NCBI RefSeq assembly: GCF_902652985.1
Contig: NC_047020.1
Location: 10,168,001-10,232,000, forward strand
Length of the DNA: 64,000 nucleotides
From: Pecten maximus
Taxonomy: Eukaryota
Reading direction: 5' to 3'
A model generated the notes under the pieces. The model was given only the letters and a program-made list of their open reading frames with translations. It had not been told where the DNA came from and ran no database searches. A program made the translations under genes and the position numbers. This document shows, piece after piece, positions 1-12,543 of this stretch (position 1 is its first letter; every line of letters starts with the position of its first letter).

Positions 1-960
1 ACTAACATATAGGTACAGACAGAAAATAGGCTGTAACTAACACATAGGTACAGACAGAACATAGGCTGTAACTAACATATAGGTACAGACAGAACACAGG
101 CTGTAACTAACATATAGGTACAGACAGAACATAGGCTGTAACTAACATATAGGTACAGACAGAACATAGGCTGTAACTCATATAGGTACAGACAGAACAT
201 AGACTGTAACTAACATATAGGTACAGACAGAACATAGACTGTAACTAACATGTACATGTAGGTACAGACAGAACATAGGCTGTAACTAACATATAGGCAA
301 AGTTCGGTTTGTTTCATTTAATTTCCTATTAACAGCCAGGGTCATTTAAGGACGTGCCAGGTTTTGGAGGTGGAGGAAAGCCAGAGTGCCCGGAGAAAAA
401 CCACCGGCCTATGGTCAGTACCTGGCAATTGCCCCACGTAGGTCTCAAACTCGCAACCCATAGGTGGAAGGCTAGTGGCAAAGTGCTGGGACACCTTAAC
501 CACTCGACCACCATGGCCCCTTTATAGGCAAAGACATAGGCTGTAACTAACATATAGGTACACACAGAACATAGGCTGTAACTAACATATAGGTACAGAC
601 AGAACATAGCCTGCAACTAACACATAGGTACACACAGAACATAGGCTGTAACTAACATATAGGTACACACAGAACATAGGCTGTAACTAACATATAGGTA
701 CAGACAGAACATAGGCTGTAACTAACATATAGGTACAGACAGAACATAGGCTGTAACTAACATATAGGTACAGACAGAACATAGACTGTAACTAACATAT
801 AGGTACAGACAGAACATAGACTGTAACTAACATGTACATGTAGGTACAGACAGAACATAGGCTGTAACTAACATATAGGTACAGACAGAACATAGACTGT
901 AACTAACATATAGGTACACACAGAAGATAGGCTGTAACTAACATATAGGTACACACAGAA
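1..960. repeat. 35-bp minisatellite (ACTAACATATAGGTACAGACAGAACATAGGCTGTA) in an AASDH intron, interrupted by a SINE
   Basis: About 20 directly visible tandem copies; runs off the window start. Confidence 0.95.
303..522 (-). mobile_element. tRNA-derived SINE with V-type central domain
   Basis: Minus strand starts GGGGCCATGGTGGTCGAGTGGTTAAG (A box), B-box-like GAGTTTGAGAC, V-domain-like GGTGGTTTTTCTCCGGGCACTCTGGCTTTCCTCCACC; 11-bp TSD TATAGGCAAAG at 292-302 and 523-533. Confidence 0.8.
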
Positions 961-1215
961 GATGAGTGGTAACTAATTACATATATAGATAGACAAAAGA
1001 ACCTGCTATGTTAATAAACATTAAGGTATGTCCTTGGCACCTGTTTTACCTGTAACAATTAACTTATCACCTTTTTTGAGTTATTGATCTACCTATACTT
1101 CCCATGTGAATATTGACTCATTCATAATCAATATGTTGACTGCAGGTCAACAAGTTAATCTTGCCTGAGTACCAATGGGCGAGATAGGCCACAAAGGTAG
1201 ATGTAAGGTACTGAC

Positions 1216-4190
1216 CTGTAGGTAGGTGACCTTGTGACGGTAATGCAGCATACTTAGTAAAGACTTTGGCATCATCTTCACTGCATGTGGAACAATCAAC
1301 AGACAAGCACCACTTCCCAAGGCCATAAAGAGGTCAACAATGCTTGGGTCAAATGTCAAAGGTGAGCTTAAGAATATGAGGTCATTGTCATTAATGTTGA
1401 AAATTTCTCTGAAATAAAGAACAAGAGATATCTTCAAAAGTTTGCATATGACAGGGAAAACGCTGAAGGGTCATTGGGTTAAATTTCCAATTTTCAAGCA
1501 ATTGGTGCTGAGATGTTATGTAGTGAACACTTATAAAAAACATCCAAATGCCAAATGTATCAATACTTAATCAATTAAATTTACCAAAAGATATTTCAAA
1601 TGATTTTTTTATCAGACAGTATTTTGATGCAGCTTTTGATGCAGCATTTATCTAATGACCTTGACTAGTACCTGAAGGTTATCCTTTAGACAGTGTGCAA
1701 GAATATTGTAGGACAAGTATACAGCTATACATTTGTGTAGAGCATTAATAAATGTGCAGGCTACAGTATACAGTGATACATCATTCTCACTATGTTAGGT
1801 ACAATATACTTGTAATATGCAGGGTGTTGGATATGATACACCTGTAATTTGTACCCTGTCATACCCGAGATGTGTGATGTTGGATATGATACACCTGTAA
1901 TTTGTACCCTGTACCTGGGGTGTATAATGTTGGATATGATACACCTATAATTTGTACCCTGTCATACCTGAGATGTGTGATGTTGGGTATGATACACTGG
2001 TGTGGTACTCGTACAACTTTGGGAGTGCCTGTTGTGCCGGAGGTTGTGATACAGTAGGCTAGCTGATTCCCTGTGTGTTTGTGTTGTGTCTGTCCTTCCA
2101 GACGGAAAAGAATCATGCCAATTGCCTGCATCAATACATCACTCACAGTCACAGCATTATACTCCAGCAACACAGCTTCAGCCTTCTACAAAGACATAAA
2201 AATATATAGCTATATATATCTTGGACTCAAATCATTCTAATTACTGTATTTCTGCCCTGCAGGTAGAAGTACTGGAAGGATTTTTCTTAAACTTCGTTTT
2301 CGGGTTTCTCTTCAACCACAATTGTGCTCATTTGATTTTGAGTATGATTCAGAAAACAATATGCCCGACAAATGAGCACAATTGGGGTTCAAAAGAAACC
2401 TACAAACAAATTTTAAGAAAAATCCTTCCAGTACTTCTCTAGAAATAGTGATAACGGATTGTATACAAAGGGATGGATAATGAACAATGGACGACAGATC
2501 AGGGATGGAGAGTAATTTGAATAGCCCATCATCATCAAATGGTGGTCTTAAGATGGTAGTTTTCAGTCCTGCTTCATGCTCAGCCTCATTGGATGACTGG
2601 TTGGCCCGTTGTCAGTATAATCAGTATATTGTTTGTTCAACAAGGATGATGGGAGCGCCAATTCATCATAACACGTTGAAAGCTGTTTAAATACATTATT
2701 ACACCACAGAATTCAGTTCTGCCAAGTACTTCCTAAACAATGATTGTAATGTATATATTACTTAGTATGATCAAGCAGTATAGTATTTTTTTTTTCAAAA
2801 ATAAAACAAGAAATACTAAAACAACAATATTCAAATATACCTTAAAACTTTCTTGGTCTACCAAAATGACACGGATGCCCATCTCCTTGACAACATTGCA
2901 GACAATGTTCTCACAGCCCGACTCAAAGTTGTAAAACGCAGCTCCACTTCCAATAACACTGTCAATATGTCAAAGTCTATATTATCAAATTACTCACATA
3001 TCCTATTTTTGATCTTTATATATTTGGTACTTTGGCATGGTCCTGAACTGCAACTGTGTGAACCAGTTTAATATTCGGCCCTCTGACATTTTAGGTATGA
3101 TAAGGAATACATTAAAGGGTGTACATTATCACATGTTCTATACTGTAAATGTGATTTAATTGAATTGTTTCTTATTCTGCGAAGTCACAAATATTTTTAC
3201 CAAACAAATTGAAACAATTAAATTTGGGGAAAATCTCACTTACCCGAGAAGAACAGCAGGCAGATTGTGTGAGGGCGAGACACAAATTCCAACAATTTCG
3301 TCCTTCACCTCTATCCTCTTTAGGACAGCAGTGACCTTTAATTCAGTAACACAAGAAGTCCAACAATTTCAAATACACAAATGTATTTACAATACTGGTA
3401 AGTTCATCTATTGTACTTATAACCAATCACAAAATTGATCTCCTGTTCATATTTATAATATGTTGTGTACCAGATAATATTTATATATTATGTACATGCC
3501 ATTTATTATGGGGCGCCATTTTACTATTTATTCTCATTTGGTGATATCACCTATTCAAATAGATAATAAGTGATATTCGAAATGGTGATATCACCTATTC
3601 GAATGAGTGATATCACCTATTCGAATGAGTGATATCACCTATTCGTTTCATTAAGTGATATCACCTATTCGAATAGGTGATATCACTTAAGAATATTTTT
3701 AAGTGATATCACCTATTCCAATTGGTGATATCACCTATTCGAATGAGTGATATCACCTATGCGTTTCATTAAGTGATATATCACCTATTCTAATGGGTGA
3801 TATCATCTATTTGAATGGGTGATATCACCTATTCGAATAGGTGATATCACTTATTTGAAAAATGAATTGGTGATATCACCTATTCGAATAGGTGATATCA
3901 CCAAATGGGAATAAATAGTAAAACAGCGCCCCATAATTTATGTTATACGTATATATATACAACCACCATGTAACACACTCACATACAGTGTCTATACATA
4001 CATAATACATATATATTTCAACATGGTGACATGTATGATGTAATACCTGCTCAGATGACTTCTGAAGCTGTGAGTATGTAGAGACCACAATGGTCCCTCC
4101 ATCATCAAACTTGACAGCGGGAGCATCTTTATGACTTGCAAAATGGGGTGTAACAATATCCAGCAATGTCTTGACAGCCTCCTGCTGCAT
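1216..4190 (-). CDS. AASDH: Beta-alanine-activating enzyme (AASDH/ACSF4), 5' part; exons 4190-4047, 3335-3244, 2958-2841, 2185-1968, 1408-1216; continues beyond window start
   Basis: All junctions GT-AG and phases join in frame; AMP-binding motif LAYCITTSGTTGTPKVVRVPHQCIIPNI and SPLTFDPSIVDLF typical of the AASDH adenylation domain. Confidence 0.9.
1825..1996 (-). repeat. ~50-53-bp tandem copies (about 3.5) of the AASDH exon-4 donor junction
   Basis: Unit = last ~29 nt of exon (TGTATCATACCCAACATCACACATCTCAG) + first ~24 nt of intron (GTATGACAGGGTACAAATTATAGG); exon-end copies at 1968, 1915, 1865. Confidence 0.85.
3507..3935. mobile_element. MITE with ~50-bp TIRs and internal GTGATATCAC palindromic repeats
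   Basis: TIR TATGGGGCGC..TTTACTATTTATTC.CATTTGGTGATATCACC at both ends; 6-bp direct repeat ATTTAT at 3501-3506 and 3936-3941; absent from the duplicated copy of this intron. Confidence 0.85.
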
Positions 4191-4873
4191 GGCTGAACCT
4201 TAGGCCTCAGGATTAGTACTTAACTTTCCCTCAAGTCATGCATGACTATCAATATATCCTGCAGCTGAAGATCTGAAAAGTTGCAAAATATTCCATTACT
4301 TTTTAACTGGTGTTGATGTTTAAGGTTATCTAAAGTTCAACTTCATTTCTTATTTCTTAGAACATTACTCAATTAAGGAACTAATCAATATAATTTCATA
4401 TATTGCCACGTTTTTCACTTTTAGCTATGTAATTGTTAGCATGTATATGTCTGTATAGATATTTTGTAGGTGTGGCACTGTGAGTGAATGAAAGCTTTTA
4501 TTTATTGTTATGTACATGTGCTGCTCTCTAGATGAGGCAATCTATATTTTGCAGTCACACCTGGATAACCTGCTCATGTACCTGTTCCATTTTTAGCGTG
4601 TGTGTGGGTTGAAATGTTTTCTTACGAGAGAGCTGTCAAAACCATGTTGTTGAGGTGTCTTGTATTCTTTAATGTAATGGTTTTATAACATGTGTAATAC
4701 ATGTAGCATGAAGTCAAGTCGTGACATGTGTATATTGTGTGATGTCAAGTCGTCACAGAGTTTTCTTTAATTGTCCACCTTTGTTCGGGCAGACTGGGCT
4801 TGTTCGTTGTGATGAGTGGATGCATTTTTGACAATCTTGTATTATTATATCTCACGTCTTATTCCATAGCCCC

Positions 4874-6566
4874 CTAGCTTAATACATTGTACTTATACTG
4901 AATTTTGTGTTGTGTCTGTCCTTCTAGACGGAAAAGAATCATGCCAATTGCCTGCATCCCTACATCATTCACAGTCACAGCATTATACTCCAGCAACACA
5001 GCTTCAGCCTTCTACAAAGACATAAAAATATATAGCTATATATATCTTGGACTCAAATCATTCTAATTACTGTATATTTCTGCCCTGCAGGTAGAAGTAC
5101 TGGAAGGATTTTTCTTAAACTTCGTTTTCGGGTTTCTCTTCAACCACAATTGTGCTCATTTGATTTTGAGTATGATTCAGAAAACAATATGCCCGACAAA
5201 TGAGCACAATTGGGGTTCAAAAGAAACCTACAAACAAAGTTTAAGAAAAATCCTTCCAGTACTTCTCTAGAAATAGTGATAACGGATTGCATACAAAGGG
5301 ATGGATAATGAACAATGGATGACAGATCAGGGATGGAGAGTAATTTGAATAGCCCATCATCATCAAATGGTGGTCTTATTATGGTAGTTATCAGTCCTGC
5401 TTAATGCTCAGCCTCATTGGATGACTGGTTGGCCCGTTGTCAGTATAATCAGTATATTGTTTCTTCAACAAGGATGATGGGAGCGCCAATTCATCATAAC
5501 ACGTTGAAAGCTGTCTGTAAGCTTACATCATACTCAGCTGTTTAAATACATTATTACACCACAGAATTCAGTTCTGCCAAGTACTTCCTAAACAATGATT
5601 GTAATGTATATATTACTTAGTATGATCAAACAGTATAGTATTTTTTTTCAAAAATAAAACAGGAAATACTAAAACAACAATATTCAAATATACCTTAAAA
5701 CTTTCTTGGTCTACCAAAATGACACGGATGCCCATCTCCTTGACAACATTGCTGACAATGTTCTCACAGCCTGACTCAAAGTTGTAAAACGCAGCTCCAC
5801 TTCCAATAACACTGTCAATATGTCAAAGTCTATATTATCAAATTACTCACATATCTTATTTTTGATCTTTATATATTTGTTACTTTGGCATGGTCCTGAA
5901 CTGCCACAGTGTGAACCAGTTTAATATTCGGCCCTCTGACATTTTAGGTATGATAAGGAATACATTAAAGGGTGTAAATGATCACATGTTCTATACTATA
6001 AATGTGATTTAATTGAATTGTTCTTATTCTGCGAAGTCACAAATATTTTTACCAAACAAATTAAAACAATTAATTAAATTTGGGGAAAATCTCACTTACC
6101 CGAGAAGAACAGCAGGCAGATTGTGCGAGGGCGAGACACAAATTCCAACAATTTCGTCCTTCACCTCTATCCTCTTTAGGACAGCAGTGACCTTTATTCA
6201 GTAACACAAGAAGTCCAACAATTTCAAATACACAAAAGTATTTACAATACTGGTAAGTTCATCTATTGTACTTATAACCAATCACAAAATTGATCTCCTG
6301 TTCATATTTATAATATGTTGTGTTATACATATATACATGTATATACAACCACCATGTAACACACTCGCATACAGTGTCTATACATACATAAATTCAACAT
6401 GGTGACATGTATGATGTAATACCTGCTCAGATGACTTCTGAAGCTGCGAGTATGTAGAGACCACAATGGTCCCTCCATCATCAAACTTGACAGCGGGAGC
6501 ATCTTTATGACTTGAAAAATGAGGTGTAACAATATCCAGCAATGTCTTGACAGCCTCTTGCTGCAT
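4874..6566 (-). pseudogene. AASDH: Upstream partial tandem duplicate of AASDH exons 1-4 (6566-6423, 6191-6100, 5811-5694, truncated 5011-4874)
   Basis: Region ~4904-7020 is near-identical to ~2078-4683; exons 1-3 keep the ORF and splice sites; the exon-4 copy breaks after RLEGQTQHK and runs to a TAG at 4874-4876. Confidence 0.75.
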
Positions 6567-9006
6567 GGCTGAACCTTAGGCCACAGGATTAGCACTTAAC
6601 TTTCCCATAAATCATGCATGACTATCAATATATCCTGCAGCTGTGGATCTGAAAAGTTGGAAAATAATTCATTACTTTTTAACTGGTGTTGATGTCATCT
6701 AAAGTTCAGTTTCATTTCTTAGAACATTACTGAATTAATGAATTTATCAATATAATTTTAAATATTTAATTGCCACATGTTTCACTTTTAGTTATGTAAT
6801 TGTTAGCATGTATATGCCTGTATAGATATTTTGTGGGTGTGGCACTGTGAGTGAATGAAACTTTTATTTATGTACATGTGCAACTCTCTAGGTGAGGCAA
6901 TCTATATTTAGCTGTCATGTCTGGATTTTAGCATGTGTGTGGATTGAAATGTTTTGTTATGAGAGAGAGCTGTCAAACCATATTGTTTAGGAGTCTTGTA
7001 TTCTTTAATGTAACGGTTTTGTTCTCTAGCCGAGTGGTATTGTGGCTAGTATCCACCTAGCTAGAACGAATATTCATACCCTGCCTACACTGCTCTACAA
7101 CCATCTATCAGAAATTGTCTGTCCGTCGTCCAGCAGCTACGTAATCGCAGCTAGTATCTACCAGGGTTACAATATTTACTGGTGTACAGCCCATAATGAT
7201 ATAAGTATAAAATGAATATTATAAGAAGAAAAGCTGTGAATCATGCAGGCAATTGTTACTAATTAACTCAGAGGGATTTCTGTTAATTGTAAATGCAAAA
7301 TTTGAAATGAAAATCATATTACCCGAGTGTGCTTGGGCATAAAATATAGTGACATATCGCTATCTATAAGTGCATCCTACCAATTTAACAAAGGGGAATT
7401 CCCACTAGTCTGAGCTAGAAAACCAAGGTTACCAATACTTTTTACGCTCGTGAATACATGACACGTACCATATCAACAAATTAAACAGCATATGATCAGT
7501 ATCGATCTGCATGCATCACTACTGTCGTCTAGTACTGTACATATAGTGAAACCGATAACGAAAATTAAGATGTTGAGAAAATTTGGTAAAGCTAAAATAA
7601 TGTAAAAACAAAAATAGCCTATATCAAAGGGCAATAACTCTGTAAATAATGATTGAATCAGTGTGAACAATAAAACCCCTTGGCAATTAAATAGTTTTCA
7701 AGTTCAGTACAATATATACATTGGCAGTAATTATTACAAATGTCAACGGAAGACTCAAACTGATCAGCTACAGTCTTGCCTAGACTAGAGTAGATCAATG
7801 TGCTATACAGTAGGCCTATCGATATTCAGGTCTACTTGGTCCGCTCCCGGTCCTCTCTGCTCTCTGTAGTGTACGCAAGGGAGGTAACTCAGGAACTGTG
7901 TACCAGTCGAAAACGACAACGTTCCCGAGATATTTTGAAAAGAGGTGATATGTTGCTACAGATTTGAAATAGACATCGTCGAAATAAAATATTTCACTAG
8001 TACGTTAATGAATCTTTAAAAAATGTGTTGTTATTGTCCCCTTTCCACTAGAGGTCGCTTTCGCACAAAACAAAGGGCGAGTACAAAACCCGGAATGCAC
8101 TCAGGCGTGAAGAGATTTTTGTTGATTTATTGTGTTTATTAGGTCATAATTCCGTTATTACTCAATGGATTTTTGTTCGGATACCAGCAGTAAAAGGGTC
8201 GATTTATCCCCTTTAAACTGGTATAAGTTATATTTAACAGTATTAAAAATTAGAAGTGAAAGTGGTGGCCGGAATGAACCCATATGGAATAAAAATGTCG
8301 ATATTTACAACTGTTTTCGTTATAATAAATACCCATATCTCAAATATTACTGAACAGATTTTTGTTCGGGAACCACCCAAAAACGGAGAATTTAGTACTC
8401 TTTCACATGGTATAAACTGTTTGAATACATGTTCGATATTACTTTCAAAAGTGGTGGCCGGAATGAATTGATGTGGTGTGAAAAAATAGCAAAATCGTCA
8501 AAGTTACATGTAAATTTCCATCTTTATTGGTCCATAACTCTTTTATTACTTAACCGATTTCTGTTCGGGACACGCTCTAGACAAGATAATTTTATAGGCT
8601 TTAAGCTGACATAACTTTTATTAATATTCATTACAAATTCGGTGCAAAAGTGGTGGCCGGAATGAACCTAGGTGAAATTCACGGACGTCATTTTACAAGT
8701 ATGTCCAAGCCGATAGCACACTACGTCTATACTAAAACAACAAATAGGCCTACACGGTACACCGGTCATCATGACCAGGTAACGGGCGGCTCGTTCACAC
8801 CTTGATGAATATAATTGTGCTAAATGATATCAAGAAAATGTCAGAAAATGGTTCGTCCCCTTCAGAAATTTTTAATAGTCAGTGTACAAATAGCAACGTA
8901 GAAAGTGGCGAGTATATAGGGGTTCTTAATGCTAGGAATGTAAGACAAATCTGCCACAGAAAAGGTAAGAGAAACTAAACAGCTTACTAGGGATGAAATC
9001 TATAAT

Positions 9007-9569
9007 TTGGTTTTACTTGCTCATCACTTGGATGGTTTTGTACACGAGATTAAAGTGTATCCTGACTTAGTAACTTTTCTTGGTTTACCAGAAATTTTTG
9101 GGGTTTTTAACCAATTGTTAGATTTAGACGATAGCTCAGTAACAATGTGTTTAGGGTATGACACAACTTTTAATCTAGGTGATTTTTATGTGACACCAGT
9201 CATTTTCCAGCATACCTTTTTGAAAACAAACCTAACATTCCATTAGCATTTTTGGTACATGAAAGGAAATTTCAAAAATGTCACGAGCGATTGTTTGATT
9301 ATCTTTGTGAAAAAGTTCCAAAACTTTTGAAAAAGAATATTCCAATTATAACAGATAGAGAAAAGGGTGTTTCTAATGCAATTAAAAAGGTGTTACCAAA
9401 TTGTACTAATCTGTTCTGCTGGAATCATATTAAAAGAGACTTTAAATACTGGTTACAAAAGAATCACGCAGATAGTTCTGAGATAGCTATTTATTTACAA
9501 GATTTAAGTAGAATTCTTCAGTCAAACGAGGAAGACTTTTACGACACGACGATTATGACAGGGATGTAA
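9007..9569 (+). pseudogene. MULE DDE transposase fragment (frameshifted, C-terminally deleted)
   Basis: YDTTFNLGDFYV, IITDREKG and CWNH motifs of Mutator transposases split over two frames. Confidence 0.85.
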
Positions 9570-9968
9570 TTGCGGTACCTGATTCGGTTACTCTTAATCA
9601 AGATAATGATACAATAATGGTAGATAGTACGCCACCTAAAACGCCAAAATCTACGAAAAAAATAGGTCCATCAAAAACTCCTATTCAACAAATAAAGACT
9701 CCTACAAATCAATCTATTAAAAAGGAAACCTTAAGTCCTGTAAAAAAGGAAACCACGTGTTCCAAAAAGAAATTAAGATTTCAGTTAGAAGGTTCTGTTA
9801 CATGCAATATTAGCGAAGATAATGTACAACTTGTTAAAAAACGTAAAGTCGCTACAAAACCCATGGGTAAATAACTTAAGTGAAAGCCATAAACTTAAAA
9901 TTTCCAATAAAGAATGGATTTGTTCTGATATTATAAATCAATAATGTCTAAACAATTTCCTGGTTTGA

Positions 9969-10637
9969 ATGCATGGTTTTCAGTTGACAAACTTAGCTCC
10001 AGTATATGATTCAAATAAATGCAAATGGAAAAACCAAATAGCTTTTCAATCTGTAGTTTCACCTTCTGTTCAAATTCACCATAATGGAAGAGACCACTGG
10101 GTTACAAGTTTTCAAACAAGTAATGGGGATATATCCGTTCTAGACAGTTTAGCATCAAAAGAAAATCATATAGTTAACACTCCGTCAATCGAACTTCAGC
10201 TTTGTAGTATTTACGGTAATAATAAAAGTAGTATCCCAGTCAAAATTTTAGATGTACAGGATCAAAATAATGGCTACGATTGTGGGCTTTTTGCAAAAGC
10301 TAATATGGTAGAATTTTGTTTTAAAGGTAATTCATTCAAACAAAAAACTAATTTCATTGAAAATCAAATGCGGGATCACTTAATTTGGTGTTTAGATAAA
10401 GGTTATTTCATGCCGTTTCCACAGTTCGTTAAAATAGCATCACAACTAAAAAAGGCAAGTAATAACAGTATCACAATAAATTGTAGTTGTTCCTGTGGGT
10501 TTCCAGATTGGATGGATGAAATGATTGGCTGCGACTAGAGAACAGGTAGGGTACATTGTAAAACGTGGAAACATAAAGAGTGTGCAAATCTTAGAGATTC
10601 AGAAGACTGGTTATGTTCCGATCATCGTAGGTTTTAA
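9969..10637 (+). pseudogene. Ulp1-like (C48) cysteine protease domain followed by a PHD finger, inside the MULE
   Basis: HWV...VLDSL...QDQNNGYDCGLF catalytic pattern; CSCG...MIGCD*RTGRVHCKTWKHKEC...WLCSDH PHD continues in frame past the TAG at 10536-10538. Confidence 0.75.
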
Positions 10638-11738
10638 AAATTCATTTTCATATAACGATGAAACAAAAATATATATACATAAATAAATAGAATAAAAATA
10701 ATTACAATAAAAAATTAGTTCGTTTAAATAAAACAATAAAGCAAAAATATACTGACTATGAAAATAAAAGAGTTCTACAGGTAATTTTTCCTTGCTCGAG
10801 TTACTTCCCTTGTGTTAAAGAACTAGAGTAGCTTGTGTTGTTTTTAGATTCACCTTTTGTTCAAAATGGCGTCCGTGAATTTCACCTAGGTTCATTCCGG
10901 CCACCACTTTTGCACCGAATTTGTAATGAATATTAATAAAAGTTATATAATCTTAAAGCATATAAAGTTATCTTGTCTAGAGTGTGTCCCAAACAGAAAT
11001 CGGTTAAGTAATAAAAGAGTTATGGACCAATAAAGATGGAAATTTACATGTAACTTTGACGATTTTGCTATTTTTTCACACCACATCAATTCATTCCGGC
11101 CACCACTTTTGAAAGTAATATCGAACATGTATTCAAACAGTTTATACCATGTGAAAGAGTACTAAATTCTCCGTTTTTGGGTGGTTCCCGAACAAAAATC
11201 TGTTCAGTAATATTTGAGATATGGGTATTTATTATAACGAAAACAGTTGTAAATATCGACATTTTTATTCCATATGGGTTCATTCCGGCCACCACTTTCA
11301 CTTCTAATTTTTAATACTGTTAAATATAACTTATACCAGTTTAAAGGGGATAAATCGACCCTTTTACTGCTGGTGTCCGAACAAAAATCCATTCAGTAAT
11401 AACGGAGATATGTCCTAATAAATACAAAATATTATGAAAAATCTCTTCACGCCTGAGTGCATTCCGGGTTTTGTCCTCACCCCAAAACAAAAGAGTTCCA
11501 ACACAAAACCCGCCAGCGGCTCCAGCAAAACGAAATCTACATTGACTGAATTCCCATCGAAGTAAGCATATATAACAATTCTAAACTTCATCAGAACTAT
11601 CGCTTGGTCGACTTGAAAGTAAACCATTGTAGGGATTCAAAAATATAGCCTACATGTGTACTATTCACATGTACTCAATTACTCATGATATGTACATTGT
11701 ACAGTACATTGAATTGTAACGAGCACCGCCACTCGATT

Positions 11739-11829
11739 CACTGGTGCCTGACTCGTTTTATAAAATAATAACATATATTTATATGTACTCTATATGTTAT
11801 TATTTTATAAAACGAGTCAGGCACCTGTG
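11739..11829. mobile_element. 91-bp hairpin mini-element (near-perfect palindrome)
   Basis: Arms CAC(A/T)GGTGCCTGACTCGTTTTATAAAATAATAACATATA; flanking CTCGATT/CTCGAAT is a possible 7-bp TSD. Confidence 0.55.
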
Positions 11830-12543
11830 CTCGAATCTCATATTATGAGCTTGGAAGTTGGAAAGCTATTAAACCAAAAAAATCCCACGAAAAGACGAAG
11901 TTAGAAATACAAAATGTACGTCGAAATAATTACTGCAACCTTCAGATTACAACTATTGAACTAACGTAAAATTACATACATGTAAGTGGCCATCACATAT
12001 ATATACACGGTGTAATCAAGTCCACCCCAGGAAATCCCACTCTATATACGTCTGCAGACCTACTTACAGTAAACCCTCTGGTCCTGATACCATGCAGACT
12101 TAGCCTTTCTGGCAAATATGTCACTGTACATGCAATTTACATTGTAAATTTATTTAGTATTTAAAAGTTCAATGTATTCTGTACATTGTTAATTCAAATA
12201 AACAGTGAGGTCTTATGAGGCTACCTGACCGAAGGGCATCTGATGTCAACATTTTCCTTCAAAAACTTCTTTTCAATAAGAGGCCCAGAGACCCGATATT
12301 TGGTCTGTAGCATATGAGTGAAGAGCTGCAAAGTTTGTTCAAATGAATGATCTTGACCTAGATTCAATGTCACAAGGGTCAAATAGGATAAAATATTAAG
12401 CATATTGCATTGCCTATGCACAAACTTACTGAACACACATGTGTACAGACTTACAGGGCATAACTTCTTATTCTGACTCAACCTTAAGCTATACTTTATA
12501 TATTCTTTTTATTTTCAATTCAGTCCCAACATATGTAGCTGTG

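Larger units (their letters stand above)
8075..11482 (+). mobile_element. Mutator-like (MULE) DNA transposon with ~620-bp TIRs, internally deleted/decayed
   Basis: 9-bp TSD CAAAACAAA (8066-8074, 11483-11491); TIRs ~8075-8693 and ~10863-11482 give mirror-identical ORFs; each TIR has 3 copies of AAGTGGTGGCCGGAATGAA; GGG termini. Confidence 0.92.

Noticed and set aside
1-960. 35-bp array as another amplified AASDH acceptor (TTACAG|CCTATG on the minus strand)
   Set aside because: The sequence after the AG does not encode the expected ATP-like continuation, and the next exon is outside the window.
7022-7420. TIR element at the distal breakpoint of the AASDH duplication
   Set aside because: Only a weak CTAGC terminal match and no convincing TSD.
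10530-10545. Stop-codon readthrough into the PHD finger
   Set aside because: The element has several other disabling mutations, so TAG is most simply decay (e.g. from TGG).
8165-11392. Identical short ORFs on opposite strands as duplicated genes
   Set aside because: They are mirror images from the MULE TIRs.
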